This document shows, piece by piece, positions 1-11,520 of a stretch of 64,000 nucleotides of DNA. Positions within the stretch are counted from its first letter, which is position 1; each line of letters opens with the position of its first letter. The notes beneath the pieces are model-generated. The model did not search any database and was not told the DNA's origin. It saw only the letters and a program-made list of their open reading frames with translations. Made by a program: the position numbers and the translations under genes. This DNA comes from Porphyridium purpureum (taxonomy: Eukaryota), in the NCBI GenBank assembly GCA_008690995.1, contig VRMN01000003.1, forward strand, positions 1,364,001-1,428,000. The letters are read 5' to 3'.

Positions 1-1191
1 CGCCTCGTAGCCGGCCATGTGCTTGGCCATGTGCTTTTCGACCAAATCGGCGTCCATTTCCATGAGCAGATTCATAACATTCCCGCTCAGACTTCGCACG
101 TTGCTGTTCCAGTGCTGCTCGACGTTCGACAGCAGCGCCGGAACGAGCAACGGCACGAAACGTTCCTTTCGATACAGCACAAGCTGCACGACATACTCAT
201 TGTTCCAGAAAAACAGCGCGCGTTCGGCCACTTGAAAATGCGGGCTCTTGATGCACTGTACTAAGCGGTCAAACACAATGTCTGCCACCTCATCGAATTG
301 GTCTGGTACCACAAACTCCATAATCTCCTCTAACTCGTTCAGAAACATGACTGCTTTCCGCGAGTGAGTCACGGGCCAGTAGCGTATCAGACTGTACGTA
401 ATGTGTACCACGAGCTCGGGCTCCTTCCTGATGAATTGAATCAGGCAAAAGCACAGCTGTACGTGGTAGCTTGGTAAACTGGACGGAAGGTGCAGCCTGA
501 TCAGCGTATGCTGCAAAAAGTTGCGGTGGTCTTCCTTGAGCGGTATTGAGAAACCATTGATGATACTACCCAGAATCTCAAGCATTTCGGCGATGCCTGT
601 ATGACACCGATTTTCGGCTACGTAGCGCGTAAATGCGTTCTGCAGACTCTTGCGAACAAACGAACGTAATGAAAGTAGCTTACCGTAGAGCCTGTGGAAG
701 ATTGTTTTCGCGTACTCGCGCTCACGCGGGTCTGGGCTCGCAAAAAGGTCCAGCATCCCAAGCACAAAATTATGGTCAAGCACGGTGCGCGCTGCCTTGA
801 CATCCAGGTCAGGAGCGGCAACCATCCGCCGCAAAATTTCGTACACTATCTGCAGGTGCGGCCACGCGCGTTCCAATTGCGGCTCGTCATCTTCTGGTTC
901 AAACAGATCCTCTGCTTCTTCGTTCAAGGGAATTGCTCGAAACAAATTTGCCCGCGCCATATCGACAATCGGCTCATATATCTCCACGTTTGAAAACACG
1001 CCCGGTGTGTTGTTCAGGAAGTCAACGGCGTCTACAAGCATCCTGCGCTTCATTTCCATTCTTGAAAACTCTTCGCGCCGATTCCCAGACGCCGAGAAGT
1101 CACATCTTTGCTCGCATTCCTTGAGATTCCGAATGAGCGCGTCGATGCGTTCTTCTACAGGGAAGTCCTGTAGCCGGCGGTAACGAACCAT
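1..1191 (-). CDS. PPP2R5: Protein phosphatase 2A regulatory subunit B' (B56), 3' end outside the window
   Basis: Manual minus-strand translation from ATG 1191 (in-frame TGA just upstream) gives MVRYRRLQDF...EPQLERAWPHLQIVYE...DPREREYAKTIFHRLYGK...HTGIAEMLEILGSIINGFSIPLKEDH, all hallmark B56 motifs. Missing from the ORF track because it runs off the window. Confidence 0.92.
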   Translation of the reverse strand, partial: MVRYRRLQDFPVEERIDALIRNLKECEQRCDFSASGNRREEFSRMEMKRRMLVDAVDFLNNTPGVFSNVEIYEPIVDMARANLFRAIPLNEEAEDLFEPEDDEPQLERAWPHLQIVYEILRRMVAAPDLDVKAARTVLDHNFVLGMLDLFASPDPREREYAKTIFHRLYGKLLSLRSFVRKSLQNAFTRYVAENRCHTGIAEMLEILGSIINGFSIPLKEDHRNFLQHTLIRLHLPSSLPSYHVQLCFCLIQFIRKEPELVVHITYSLIRYWPVTHSRKAVMFLNELEEIMEFVVPDQFDEVADIVFDRLVQCIKSPHFQVAERALFFWNNEYVVQLVLYRKERFVPLLVPALLSNVEQHWNSNVRSLSGNVMNLLMEMDADLVEKHMAKHMAGYEA

Positions 1192-2875
1192 TCAGTTCGA
1201 AATGAAAAGGGGGACTGGGAGGTCAAGCGCGCGCGAGGCGCGTTCCAACCTACTCGTCCCTCGCACACAAACACGCCCACGGGTACAAGCTGCTGACCGG
1301 GGGCAACCCGATCTGTACGTGAGGCGCCTATCGTTCCCAGCTGGCCGTGCACCGCGGAAAGTGAACTAGCACATGCGCGCTTCTCGCGCGCATCGATTTT
1401 GTCGGCTCTCCGTCGGCCCAGTCGACAAAGCGTTCTCAAAGAACACGCCGCTCCGCGCTTTGGACACTTACTCGACTATTTCCTTCTCGCGCTTTCCCGC
1501 TCCGTGCGCTCCTCCCGCGCGTCGACGTGCGTCTTCGTCTCCGAGTGCTCGTTCCCAGTCCAAGGAACGCAGTCGCGCGCGTTCTACTCGTACTCGGCTG
1601 CACAGGCTATTCCCACAGATGGCGGTTCGTGCGCTAGCGTTGGACGTTGCACTCGATCACGCCAACTTGGGATCAAACGGCGTGGCGCGTTCCACACGAG
1701 CTGCCTGTGCGCGCTGCTGATGATGACACGCGCAGAAGAGCCGCCTTTTCCCCCCGCCGCCTCCACTAAGACAAAAACGCGCACAGGCTCACAAGGTCGG
1801 CGAGCGTTCTGCCACGTGCTGCACGGACGGATCGTAGCTTGGGTACGAAGACGCTGACCAGGACGACGCCGGAGCTGTGTAATGTACGCGCTCGTGCGTC
1901 TGCATCAACTTACACACCGCGCGCTTGGCATGCAAACATCAGTACACGAATATGCACCGCGCTGTGCGTGTCCGTGCGCGTGCGCGTCTCCCTGCGAACA
2001 CGGCCCGCTCGCTCTTTCTTCCCCAACCCACACACTCACACACCGAACTCCTCTCAAACTCAAAGACGTCACTGACACGATCCCCTCGGACTTTTATTCA
2101 ACACAATGTAATTCCAATTCCGGCGTCTCCGATGATTGAAAGGGGCGAAAAAGAAGGGGGTACAGTTAGCTGTTCTGTGTTGCACTGTACGTTCGGTGCC
2201 AGCACAATTCTGTGGCGGTGGACGTTGGGTATGGCCGGGCGCGGGACGCCACGTCCTCACGCGCGCGCGCCGACGCTCGGCGCACACGCACACACACAGC
2301 GGCGTGTTGTACAAGCCGCAAATAGCACGTGCGTCGTGGCGGAGCGTTTCTTTTACCGATTTGGTGGTGCGGTGAAAAGTCACGGCGTGTGTGGCAGAAG
2401 CAAGCGGCTGCACTTCAATGCCGGAAACGTGTAGCCCCAGCGGCATGAATTCTGCACGCGTGCGGTGAGCTCTGGCTCGTACATGCACACAAAGTTTGGT
2501 CATCTGCATGGACGGTCCCCAAATCGTACGGCCCTAAATCAGCCATCTCGGCATGACTTCTTCGACAACGGCTACATTGACTTGCTTGATGCACGAGCCC
2601 ACTTGGAATGGCAGATTCCCATCCCGTCTCGTTGGTTCCTGTGCTTGGTCCAATGGAGCAGGCAGTGACTCCGGCAGACGTGTTCAGAACAAAGTGCCAA
2701 TGCAAGATTCTTTTATTCTTTATCTAAAAGAACCGTAAAAAATCCCGCATGATCAGACACCGGGAGCACACGGACAAAATATGTCGGGGTCCACAGAGTC
2801 TCATAACGATACAAAATGACACTTAGGCCGCGCAAACTAGAGGGAAAACAACGTCGTTCGTTGCTGGAACCATTT

Positions 2876-4714
2876 CTAAGCGTCTTGCACCTGCACCTCT
2901 GCCGTGTCTAGTCGATCTCCGAGCTCGATCCGCCACGCACTGAACAAGAGGCGGGTCACGAAGAAAAGGCCCGTGACAAGCCACACGCTGCGCAGCCCGA
3001 GATGCAAGCGTCGCACCATGGTGATTCCAATCGACATCACAGTAAATGATGCGGCCATAGCCAGGGTCGCAAACTTGTACAATCGACGCGATAGAACCAC
3101 GTTCTCAAAGATCTCGAGCATGGCCGCGATTGGGAACACACAAGCTGCACACTTTAGCGCTTGTGATGCGACAGGACGGAGCGTTTCGCTCGCGCCAAAC
3201 AAAGATGGAATTTGGTTAGAACCAAGCAGAACGCAAATGGACACGGACGCGCTAATGAGAAGCGCAAGCCGCAGTAACCGCTGCGTCACGCGGTGAACAG
3301 CACTGAAACGCTCCTGTGCAAGCAGCTTGGAGCACAATACCTGCGTAGTTGCGCCAAGAGGCCAGTACGCCGTGCCGCACACAATCCACGTCGTCCTCGT
3401 AATTTCCTGAGCGGCCAAATATGATACACCTAGCGACGCCAGGTACGAAATGCTCAGCGCAAATGAAATGTTCTCGAGCGCCTTTCGAGTCATCAGTGTC
3501 CCGCCAGGTTTCAGTACATCCATGACCTGCGAAAAGCTCGGCACTCGCTTCATGTCATCCCATGACAGCCGTTTCGATCTAAAGAGCGAGGCAAGCAGCA
3601 CCATCGACGACGCATACTGCGAAAAGGATGTCGCAAAGCCGGCACCCCACGTTCCGAGCCCAAAGGGAAACATGAGCACGTAATCGAGCAACAGGTTAAT
3701 AGCATTTGCAAGCATGGACGCATAGAATCCCATTCTAAGGTCTTGAAAACCGCGGAGCGCACCTGACGCAACAAAGAAGGTCAATGTGGCAGGAGCACCA
3801 AATGCTCGGGTCCGTAAATAATCGACCGCATGGCTGAGAACCTCTGGATTGCATCCGATGAGTGTCATAAGTGCAGGCGCGACGGAAAACATAATCAGAA
3901 AGGAAAGGCAGCCAAGAATGAGTGCCACCCATAGATTCAGAGCAATCGTCCGCGATGCGCCAACCCGATCTTCCCTGGCAACGCACCTAGCCACGCCGGA
4001 AGTGGTGGTTACGGATAAGAAGAAGAAAATCCAGCTCACGTACGAGCACATGGGATTAGCGGCGCCCACTCCGCCTAGTTGCATGGCACCCAACATCCCG
4101 ACCATACTGGTATCAATCAGCGTCGCGAGCGGATCCAAAATCATTGTACCGTACGAAGGCAAAGCTAGTGACCAGATTTCCGCGTCATATTCGCTGCCGT
4201 ACGCCAGAAACGTCGCGAAGCGCCTTTTCGCCGCCTTCGGCGAAGACCACCACCGTTGCGAGGACAAAGGTTCGACGCCGGCCTTGGAAACGACATTGGC
4301 AACCCGCACTTGCGGCGATGGAATTGCCACTTCGCCATCACCAGCTTCTGCTCCTGCAGTCCTTCTTGATGGCCTTTGAAGTGATTGGATGAGCGTATCG
4401 ATTGCAGCCTGGATCTGCTCCTGGTTCAGCGCCTTTTTGGCACCGGGCGCATCCTTGGGTGCACCTTCTTCACTACTTTCTGGAACCTTCTCAGAATCAT
4501 CGCCTGGCAGTGCAGCTCGGCGGAGCACGCGTAAACGCCCACAAGGTGCCAAGACATTCCACTCGACACGGGCTCGTTTGCGCGCAACCCACTCCGCCGT
4601 AGTTTGTGTTCGAGTCCGTTGGTCGCACCTGCATGGGGGCCAGGCGGAGCGACCGCTGGCAAACGCACCACGTGATGACGGTCGCGCGCATAAGAATGCC
4701 GAGACGTTCTCCAT
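2876..4714 (-). CDS. MATE (DinF/DTX-like) efflux transporter, probable N-terminal plastid transit peptide
   Basis: 612 aa ORF with LALP...DPLATLIDTSMVGMLG, YLRTRAFGAPA, GALRGFQD, NLLLDYVLMF and many hydrophobic helices; Ser/Arg-rich N-terminus. Confidence 0.9.
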   Translation of the reverse strand: MENVSAFLCARPSSRGAFASGRSAWPPCRCDQRTRTQTTAEWVARKRARVEWNVLAPCGRLRVLRRAALPGDDSEKVPESSEEGAPKDAPGAKKALNQEQIQAAIDTLIQSLQRPSRRTAGAEAGDGEVAIPSPQVRVANVVSKAGVEPLSSQRWWSSPKAAKRRFATFLAYGSEYDAEIWSLALPSYGTMILDPLATLIDTSMVGMLGAMQLGGVGAANPMCSYVSWIFFFLSVTTTSGVARCVAREDRVGASRTIALNLWVALILGCLSFLIMFSVAPALMTLIGCNPEVLSHAVDYLRTRAFGAPATLTFFVASGALRGFQDLRMGFYASMLANAINLLLDYVLMFPFGLGTWGAGFATSFSQYASSMVLLASLFRSKRLSWDDMKRVPSFSQVMDVLKPGGTLMTRKALENISFALSISYLASLGVSYLAAQEITRTTWIVCGTAYWPLGATTQVLCSKLLAQERFSAVHRVTQRLLRLALLISASVSICVLLGSNQIPSLFGASETLRPVASQALKCAACVFPIAAMLEIFENVVLSRRLYKFATLAMAASFTVMSIGITMVRRLHLGLRSVWLVTGLFFVTRLLFSAWRIELGDRLDTAEVQVQDA

Positions 4715-4959
4715 CAGATACTTCCGCCAAGTCCGAGGTATGCGAGATTACGCGCCTCGTTCAAGTGCCCAATGCGTTTCTTTCAGTCCGGGATGACACT
4801 ACACGTTCTTAGCAAAATGGCAGCTTTTTTATTCCAAGAACGAGCGGGCATTGGGTGATGATGAACGAAGAAGTGGGCGTGCGGCGACTCGGGGGACATC
4901 TGGACATGTGCACTGCACCATCAGGCTCGACCATTTCAATCACCTTGCTGCCAAGTAGC

Positions 4960-5434
4960 AGTAAAGAATGTGTCACGACATCTGTTCAGCAAGGTGTGCT
5001 ACGAATGCCTCGTCCACAACGCTTCTGCCCCGGAATACGGTTAACCGCTTCCTTCGACTCGCGGTTTCTAGAAACGATTACATGTTCTTCATTGCCGCTG
5101 AAACAGTTTGTTCCCAGATTCTCTCAAGGTAAGGAATGTACTGACAAATGCGGAGCTCCCAATATCCTTCTTTCGGGCTGAGTGTCCTGTGGACTACTTG
5201 GCCTGTCGTGACGACAAGCACTTTGTTGAGAGACCGGACGAGCACTTGCAGCATCCTGCTGTTTCTGCTCGCGGCGTCCTTCGTCTGTGACAGGAGGTTG
5301 CAGAGATTGGGCGTCGTGACCATTTCATCCTTCTTTCCCGCACCAGACACATGCACATACTTCTGGGCGAGATTCGCAACGTCCCTCAAAATGTCATCAA
5401 GGCATTGTGCGTAGTTCTCAGAATTTCTCACACG
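4960..5434 (-). pseudogene. C-terminal part of a decayed ORF split by the Tc1 element; Fanzor1 (TnpB-like) relic suspected
   Basis: Continues in frame from the 19006 side across the TA site: RVRNSENYAQCLDDILRD...TTPNLCNLL...LSPKEGYWELRICQYIPYLERIWEQ. The family resemblance is from recalled motifs only, and the left boundary is approximate. Confidence 0.4.
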
Positions 5435-5436
5435 TA

Positions 5437-5466
5437 AGGTGCGACCAGAACGGATAGGGGACAGTA
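5437..5466 (+). repeat. Left terminal inverted repeat of the Tc1-like element
   Basis: AGGTGCGACCAGAACGGATAGGGGACAGTA; an inner copy of the core AAACGGATAGGGGACA lies at ~5573-5588. Confidence 0.92.
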
Positions 5467-5699
5467 AAATTTCTAAGAAAAATTAGACAGTTCATATTAA
5501 ATTGTGACTTTTTACTAGGAACATAATTTGGGGCGGGCGGGTGGTGCCGGCATGCAAGAAATTTGTTGCACAAAACGGATAGGGGACAGTCACGGGAAGC
5601 CTTATATCTCGGAAAGAAATGAAGGAAAGGAAGTGAAGAGAAGTGCATCGAGCAAAACTCGTAAAGAGCTTCATTTCAATACCAAAAATCGCAATATTG

Positions 5700-6399
5700 A
5701 CCCCTCGGATGAGAAGATATGACACTTTCAGGGCCTTTGGGAGTGGGACAAAAAGTGAGAGCCATTGTGACATACATTAGGTGCTCTATGCAATGCGATT
5801 TGTTCTAGGTAGATGCTCCCATCGTACACGTACATAGTTTCGCTTCTGCGGACGCTCCAAACCGCACAAAGGCATGAAAAATCAAGATTTATGACATCAA
5901 AAGGATTCGGCCCGTAAACAATGGCCGGCAAATTTGTGCTACACAACGCATTTACCGTGTAATTCAGATCCTAAATTCAATGGCAATCAGGACAGCAATG
6001 AGCTTAACCAGTGCGCGCGGGAGAAATCCAGCTCATGTACCGCTGACACTCAAATTCGACCTCAAAAGGCTGGCCTTGACAAGACGGCATGAGCTGGAAC
6101 AAATGAATTGGGCCACAGTTGTGTTCAGGGACGAAATAAAGTGCAATCTGGATGGGCCAGATGCTATCCACATGACGTGGCTTGAGCGTACGAACGATCT
6201 TTCAAACGTTTGGTCGTGACATTTGGGCGGCGGTCGATGCACGGCTTGGTGCGCCATTTTTGTGACAGGAGATGTTCACTTTCAACTCATTCACAGGATC
6301 TTCGCCGCTGCCAATTGTGTTTCCATGCTTCAGAATGACGGCGTGCTGGACCGCTGCCGTCAGATGGTGGACCCGAACATGGTTTTTCTCCAGGATATC
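5700..6399 (+). pseudogene. Tc1/Tc3-like transposase, 5' part (stops and frameshifts)
   Basis: WATVVFRDEIKCNLDGPD matches the Tc3-type VVFSDEKKFNLDGPD first-Asp motif. The segment ends VFLQDI (second Asp) at the LTR insertion; the start is approximate. Confidence 0.85.
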
Positions 6400-6693
6400 T
6401 GTTATCCGTTCGACCCCAGTCACCTAGAACGGTTCGGTTAATCCGAAACCGGTAAGCCGGTAAGCCGTTAGACCGTTTAACCGTTTCTAGAAGCTTCTAG
6501 AGGTTCCGGAAACTTCTAGACGTGCGCAGAAATGTCAATGATTTGCATTGTCATTTCTCTTGGCGCCTTGCTGTCTCTAGCGGAAGTAAGGGTATAAAAA
6601 GGCGACGCGCCTGCCCGGACTAGCCGGTCAGGTCTTGCTCGGAGACAGAAGAGGTAAGAAGAAGAGAGTAAAAAAGGCACAGCATTGGTAACA
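6400..6693 (+). repeat. 5' LTR of element A (294 bp)
   Basis: TGTTATCC...GGTAACA; reads identical to 18229-18522; TATAAAA at ~6593. Confidence 0.97.
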
Positions 6694-6695
6694 TT

Positions 6696-6710
6696 TGGTA
6701 TCATCGCTGG
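6696..6710 (+). other. Primer-binding site of element A (tRNA-iMet type)
   Basis: TGGTATCATCGCTGG two nt after the LTR; TGGTATCA is the usual start of an initiator-Met PBS. Confidence 0.75.
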
Positions 6711-7229
6711 TTACCTGGGGTTGCTCTAAGGTTCTCTTAGAGTTTCTCTGGGGTTGCCTGGGTGGGAGAGTCTGCGGGTAAGGGGGTTCGAGTAAGTCGA
6801 TCCGGAGGGTGCGACGGGTGGAAGCGGGTCTCAGTCTTGGCTGTACGATAGGCCTAGGCCTTGACGGCGGACTCGCTCTCTGCCTTAGCACGTATTAGTA
6901 GGCAAGAGCCGTAACGGTCAGCCTTCATTAGGATTCATCCTAGTGTCGCACGACCACCTTTGCGAAGGTAGGCGCCGAACACCTCCATACAAGATCGCAT
7001 CTATAATCCCCTCCCCAGTGCAAAGGCCCGGGCCGCTCCCCATCCAGCGCAACAGAGGAAGATTGCCGTGCGTGTGTGTACGTGAGAGGACCGCTTCGTG
7101 TGTCGATTTGTGGTCGTGAGGGCGACCGAGCCCGTTCGTGTTGCGCGCAGCTGTTGGAGAACGTGAGCATCGGAGGCTTGCTGTTTGTGTCGTTGTCGTG
7201 ATCGTTGAGCGTGCTTTAGTTCAGAAAGC

Positions 7230-8036
7230 ATGGAGATTGATTCGGAGACGCTGGGACCACGTGGCCCGAAGGAGGCCCGTCTGATGAGCTTCGACGGGAA
7301 GCGTGACCTTCTGGTTGTGAAGACGTGGTTGTTCCAGGCGAGAAAGAAGATCTTGGGCCGGCTGTTGGAGAGCATCCACCCGGACGATTTGGAGAAACGT
7401 CTGCTTACGGAGAGGCGTGCTGTGGACTTGACTTCTGACTATTTCGAGGGAGAGGCGCTTCATTGGTGGGTTCTGAACTGCGAGCGCTACCCGCAGGAGA
7501 TCCCCACGACGTGGAATGATTTTGCTGCCCTCGTGAGTGCTCGGTTCACGCCGCAGGATTCGATCAGGCGTGCAAGGGACAAGTTGACGCGTCTTTCGCA
7601 GAAAGGCCCGGCCCATGCGTATGTGGCGGCTTTTCAGGACGCGGCACTTGTGATTCCGGACTTGTCGGACGCAGAAATGATGGACCGCTTTGTGAGGGGT
7701 CTGAAGCCCGAGGTCCGCTTGGAAGTGTACAAGCGAGGAGTGAGTACGTTCGCGGAGGCTGCGCAGGTGGCGGTGGTCGTGGACGACGCCATTCATGCGA
7801 CCCGCGGCGTGCGTGATTCAAGTGTGAGGACGCCATTTTTCGGTCGTGCAGCGCAGGAAGGACCTGTCCCTATGGAGCTCGGGAACGTGCAGGGTCAGAG
7901 GCGTGTTCGAAGCGAGCTCAAATGCTGGAATTGTGGAAAGCCGGGACACATCGCCAGGAAGTGTCCCGAGGCAAGGAAGACTATTCAGCAGCTGGAGGGA
8001 GACTCGCTGGAGTCAAAAAACGAGGAGCTCGAGTAA
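7230..8036 (+). CDS. gag: Gag of element A
   Basis: 268 aa; retrotransposon gag core (YFEGEALHWW, TWNDF, FVRGLKPEVR) and CCHC knuckle CWNCGKPGHIARKC. Confidence 0.95.
   Translation: MEIDSETLGPRGPKEARLMSFDGKRDLLVVKTWLFQARKKILGRLLESIHPDDLEKRLLTERRAVDLTSDYFEGEALHWWVLNCERYPQEIPTTWNDFAALVSARFTPQDSIRRARDKLTRLSQKGPAHAYVAAFQDAALVIPDLSDAEMMDRFVRGLKPEVRLEVYKRGVSTFAEAAQVAVVVDDAIHATRGVRDSSVRTPFFGRAAQEGPVPMELGNVQGQRRVRSELKCWNCGKPGHIARKCPEARKTIQQLEGDSLESKNEELE
8015..8021 (+). promoter_or_regulatory. -1 ribosomal frameshift slippery heptamer A AAA AAC
   Basis: Correctly phased in the gag frame (tcA AAA AAC), four sense codons before the gag stop; pol lies in the -1 frame. Confidence 0.8.
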
Positions 8037-11000
8037 AAAGGTTCCTCGGACAGTCAGAGGGAAAGGAGGCTCGGAAACTTGACGAGACCTCTAGGGGCGG
8101 CAATGGAGACCGCTGTGGTGGCCTTGGTAAGCCAAGGTCTGGCTGTCCGACGCCTTGTGGGCGAAACTCGAGCGCAAATCAGCCCGTGATCAAGGAACTT
8201 GGAGGAATGGGAGCTGCCATGCTTCTTCGAGTTCGAGGAAAAGTGCACAAGTCCGACGGAGAGGCCACGTTTTTGATTGACAGTGGCGCGACGGACAACT
8301 TCATGAGCGTGGACTTTGTGCAGAAATCCGACGGCCTGAAGCAGAAGGCGTCGTGGAAGAGAGATCATGTGACCCTAGCGGATGGGTCTGTATTGGAGAC
8401 AGCCGGAGAAGTTTCCAATGTCAAGTTTACACTGAGTGATGGGTACTCAGGGGCCGCTGACTTTGCCATTTGCCGGATTGCGGGACAAGACGCAATCTTG
8501 GGCATGGAGTGGCTGAAGCGGGAGAACCCAGTGATTGATTGGCAGTCTGGCATGTTGGCCTACGGAGAGAAGAGGGCCTGGAGCATGACGCAGATGCTGG
8601 TGCCACGGAAAGAGCTCCGTCGGCTGTTGAAGAGTCAGGAGGTAGAAGAGTGCTACCTCGGCGTGCTGAAAGGAAGGGAGGAGCCCTGTTCAGTGAAGCG
8701 CAAAGGAGATGACTCTGTGAGAAAGATGCTCAAGGATTTCGAAAATCTGTTCGAGGAGCCGCGAGGGCTGCCTGAGAGCCGAACAGTGGAGCATGTGATT
8801 AGGCTGAAAGATGAAAAGCCTGTGAGAGTGGGCAGGGTCTACCGACTGAGCCCTGCGGAGTTGAAAGTCCTCCGAGAGACTTTGGATGACTTACTGGACA
8901 AAGGATTCGTCCAGCCAAGTCAGAGCCCGTTTGGAGCACCCGTGCTGTTCGTGAAGAAGAAAGACGGCAGCATGAGGATGTGCGTTGATTATCGGGCTTT
9001 GAACGACGCAACTGTGAAGGACCGGTATCCGTTGCCGAACATGGATGAGTTGCTGGATCGACTGGGAGCCGCTCATTGTTTCTCAAAGTTGGATTTGGCA
9101 TCGGGATACCACCAGTTGCGTGTTCGGGGAGAGGACGTGCCGAAGACCGCGTTCCAGACCAGGTACGGACAGTTCGAGTTCCGTGTGATGCCGTTTGGTC
9201 TTTGCAACGCGCCGGCAACTTTTCAGAGGGCCATGAACGAGCTGTTTGCAGATCTGCTGGACAAGACCGTCATTGTCTACTTGGACGATATTTTGGTCTT
9301 TACCAAGGATAGGCAGTCGCACGGCGAGGTCCTGAAGGAAGTGTTGTCGCGCTTGCAAAAGGCAGGGTATCGTTTGAAGCGCAAGAAGTGCAGCTTTTTC
9401 GTTTCTGAAGTCGAATACCTGGGGAACATTGTCGGCAACGGTTGCGTGAAGATGGATCCACGGAAGGTGGAAGCTTTGAGAGATTGGCCAGTGCCAAAGA
9501 CGGTGACGGAGTTGAGATCCTTTTTGGGAATGACAAACTGGTTTCGCAGGTTTGTCAAAGGATACTCTACCGTCGTGGCGCCGCTGACTTCGCTGTTGCA
9601 GAACGCAAAGTCGAAGAAGCAGCTGATCGAACTGGGAGATGAAGGCAAGTCGGCCTTCAAGAAGATTGTCGGGATGTTGACGGAAGCGCCGGTGTTGGCC
9701 TTGCCAGACCCTGAAAAGCCATTTGAGGTGTACACGGACCGCTCCGAAGTCGCGGTGGGGGGATGGCTGGCACAGGAAGGCAGACCGGTCGCGTTTACGT
9801 CGAGGAAGCTGCTGGACCGAGAGACCAGGTACAGCAGCTATGAAGGTGAGCTCATGGCCGTCATTCATTGTCTGCGAGAGTTTCGACCTTATCTGTACGG
9901 AGCGAAGTTTGTGCTTCATACGGATCATGAGGCGTTGAAACATTTGATGACGCAGAAGGAGCTGAATGGCCGGCAAGCACGGTGGTTGGACTTTTTGGCC
10001 GAGTTTGACATCACGATCGACTACGTGAAGGGAAAGTCGAACGTGGTAGCCGATGCTTTGTCGAGGAAGCCAGAGTTGCACGCGCTAGAGTACCAAGTTC
10101 GGTGTGATGAATTTGGTGCGGGTTTCCAGGCATTCGTGGGTTCATACTCGAGTGACCCAGACTTTGGTGCTTTGATGGGGGATTTACCGACCCACCAAGG
10201 CTTTCGAACCGAAGCTGGGCTCTTGTACTTGAGGAATCGCGTTTGCGTGCCGAGGAAGTTCAGAGAGCGTGTCATGCAGCTCCACCACGATATCCCGACA
10301 GCAGGGCACCGTGGAGCGGACACAACTTATGCATCTTTGATAACTCGCTTCTACTGGCCAAAGATGAAGCGAGACGTGAGCCGTTTTGTGAAGACTTGTC
10401 ACGCATGCCAAGTGACAAAGTCTGAGAATCGGTCGTTCGGAAAGCTGAAGCCCTTGTCGATCCCAGAAGGACCTTGGGTCGACATTTCGATGGACTTTGT
10501 GACAGAGCTGCCTCGGAGCGAAGGCAGCTGTGATGCAATCATGACTGTGGTGGATCGCTATTCGAAGATGGCGCTGTTCATCCCGACGCGCAAGGACTTG
10601 ACAGCAAAGCGTTGCGCTGACTTGTTCGTGAAGCACGTCGTGAGCCGCTTCGGATACCCCAAGTCAATTGTGTCGGACCGAGATCCGCTGTTTACGTCCA
10701 CGTTTTGGCAGCAGCTGAGCAAGCGGGTGGGCATGAAGTTGGCAATGTCTACCGCCAACCACCCGCAGACAGATGGCCAAACTGAGCGAGTGAACCGCGT
10801 GATTCGGGAAATGCTCAAGTTAATGGCGACGAATAGTGGCTGGGTGCGAGACTTGCCGTTGTACGAGTTTGCGTACAACTCTGCACCAAGCAGTGCCACT
10901 GGATTCGCGCCGTTCAAAGTGGTATATGGAAGGGATCCTTGGTTTCCACCGAGTGAAGGGTGGACGCCTGCGCGTGACGGACAGACGAAGGACATGGCGG

Positions 11001-11224
11001 AGCACTGGTTTCGCCTGTGTAAAGTCCATGAAGATGTCCGCGACAATTTGATCGAAGCCCAGGGGAGAATGCAGAAGTTCTTCGATCGAAGCAAGGATGC
11101 CCGGGAGTTTCAAGTTGGTGATCAAGTGTTGATCACGGCGCCGCAATTGCGGCCGAACAAGAGTGATTTGGCGGCACCAAAGTTTCTTGGTCCGGTGCCT
11201 GTCATTGAGAAGGTAAGCTCGCAT
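8015..11224 (+). CDS. pol: Pol of element A (protease, RT, RNase H, integrase), 5' part up to the insertion of element B
   Basis: LIDSGAT, RMCVDYRALN, MPFGLCNAP, YLDD, DALSR, HHCC zinc finger and DDE integrase. The ORF-track tail 11225-11407 is read-through into LTR B. Confidence 0.95.
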
Positions 11225-11502
11225 TGCTGTGTACTACACCCGCAGCCACTACAACCCCTCTCTCACCTACAGGCACCCGCCCGGATCGAACCCCGACACC
11301 AACGGCACACCAACCTCTCCTCGCACTTCGGTACCTCCTTTACTTTTCGTTTAGCTCGGGCCGCACGGCGGCGTGGATTATATACTGCCGCAAAGCCCTG
11401 GATCTAACTCAGTGGTGGGTTTGGATGGGGTTTTGGAGGGTGGACTGTACTCTGGAGTACAGGTGCTACATGTGTACAGTGCATGGGGTGTACAGCATAG
11501 CA
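11225..11502 (-). repeat. 3' LTR of element B (278 bp)
   Basis: TGCTGTG...CATAGCA; reads identical to 17639-17916. Confidence 0.97.
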
Positions 11503-11520
11503 CATCTCCCCCACCGCCTC
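11503..11520 (-). other. Polypurine tract of element B
   Basis: Minus strand GAGGCGGTGGGGGAGATG abuts the 3' LTR. Confidence 0.7.

Noticed and set aside
618..683. Apparent GTAAGC...TAG intron in the PP2A-B56 gene
   Set aside because: The 66 nt read in frame as GKLLSLRSFVRKSLQNAFTRYV, matching a conserved B56 helix, so they are coding.
1200..2870. Several 60-170 aa ORFs between PP2A-B56 and MATE
   Set aside because: No recognisable motif; overlapping ORFs in all frames are expected in GC-rich DNA.
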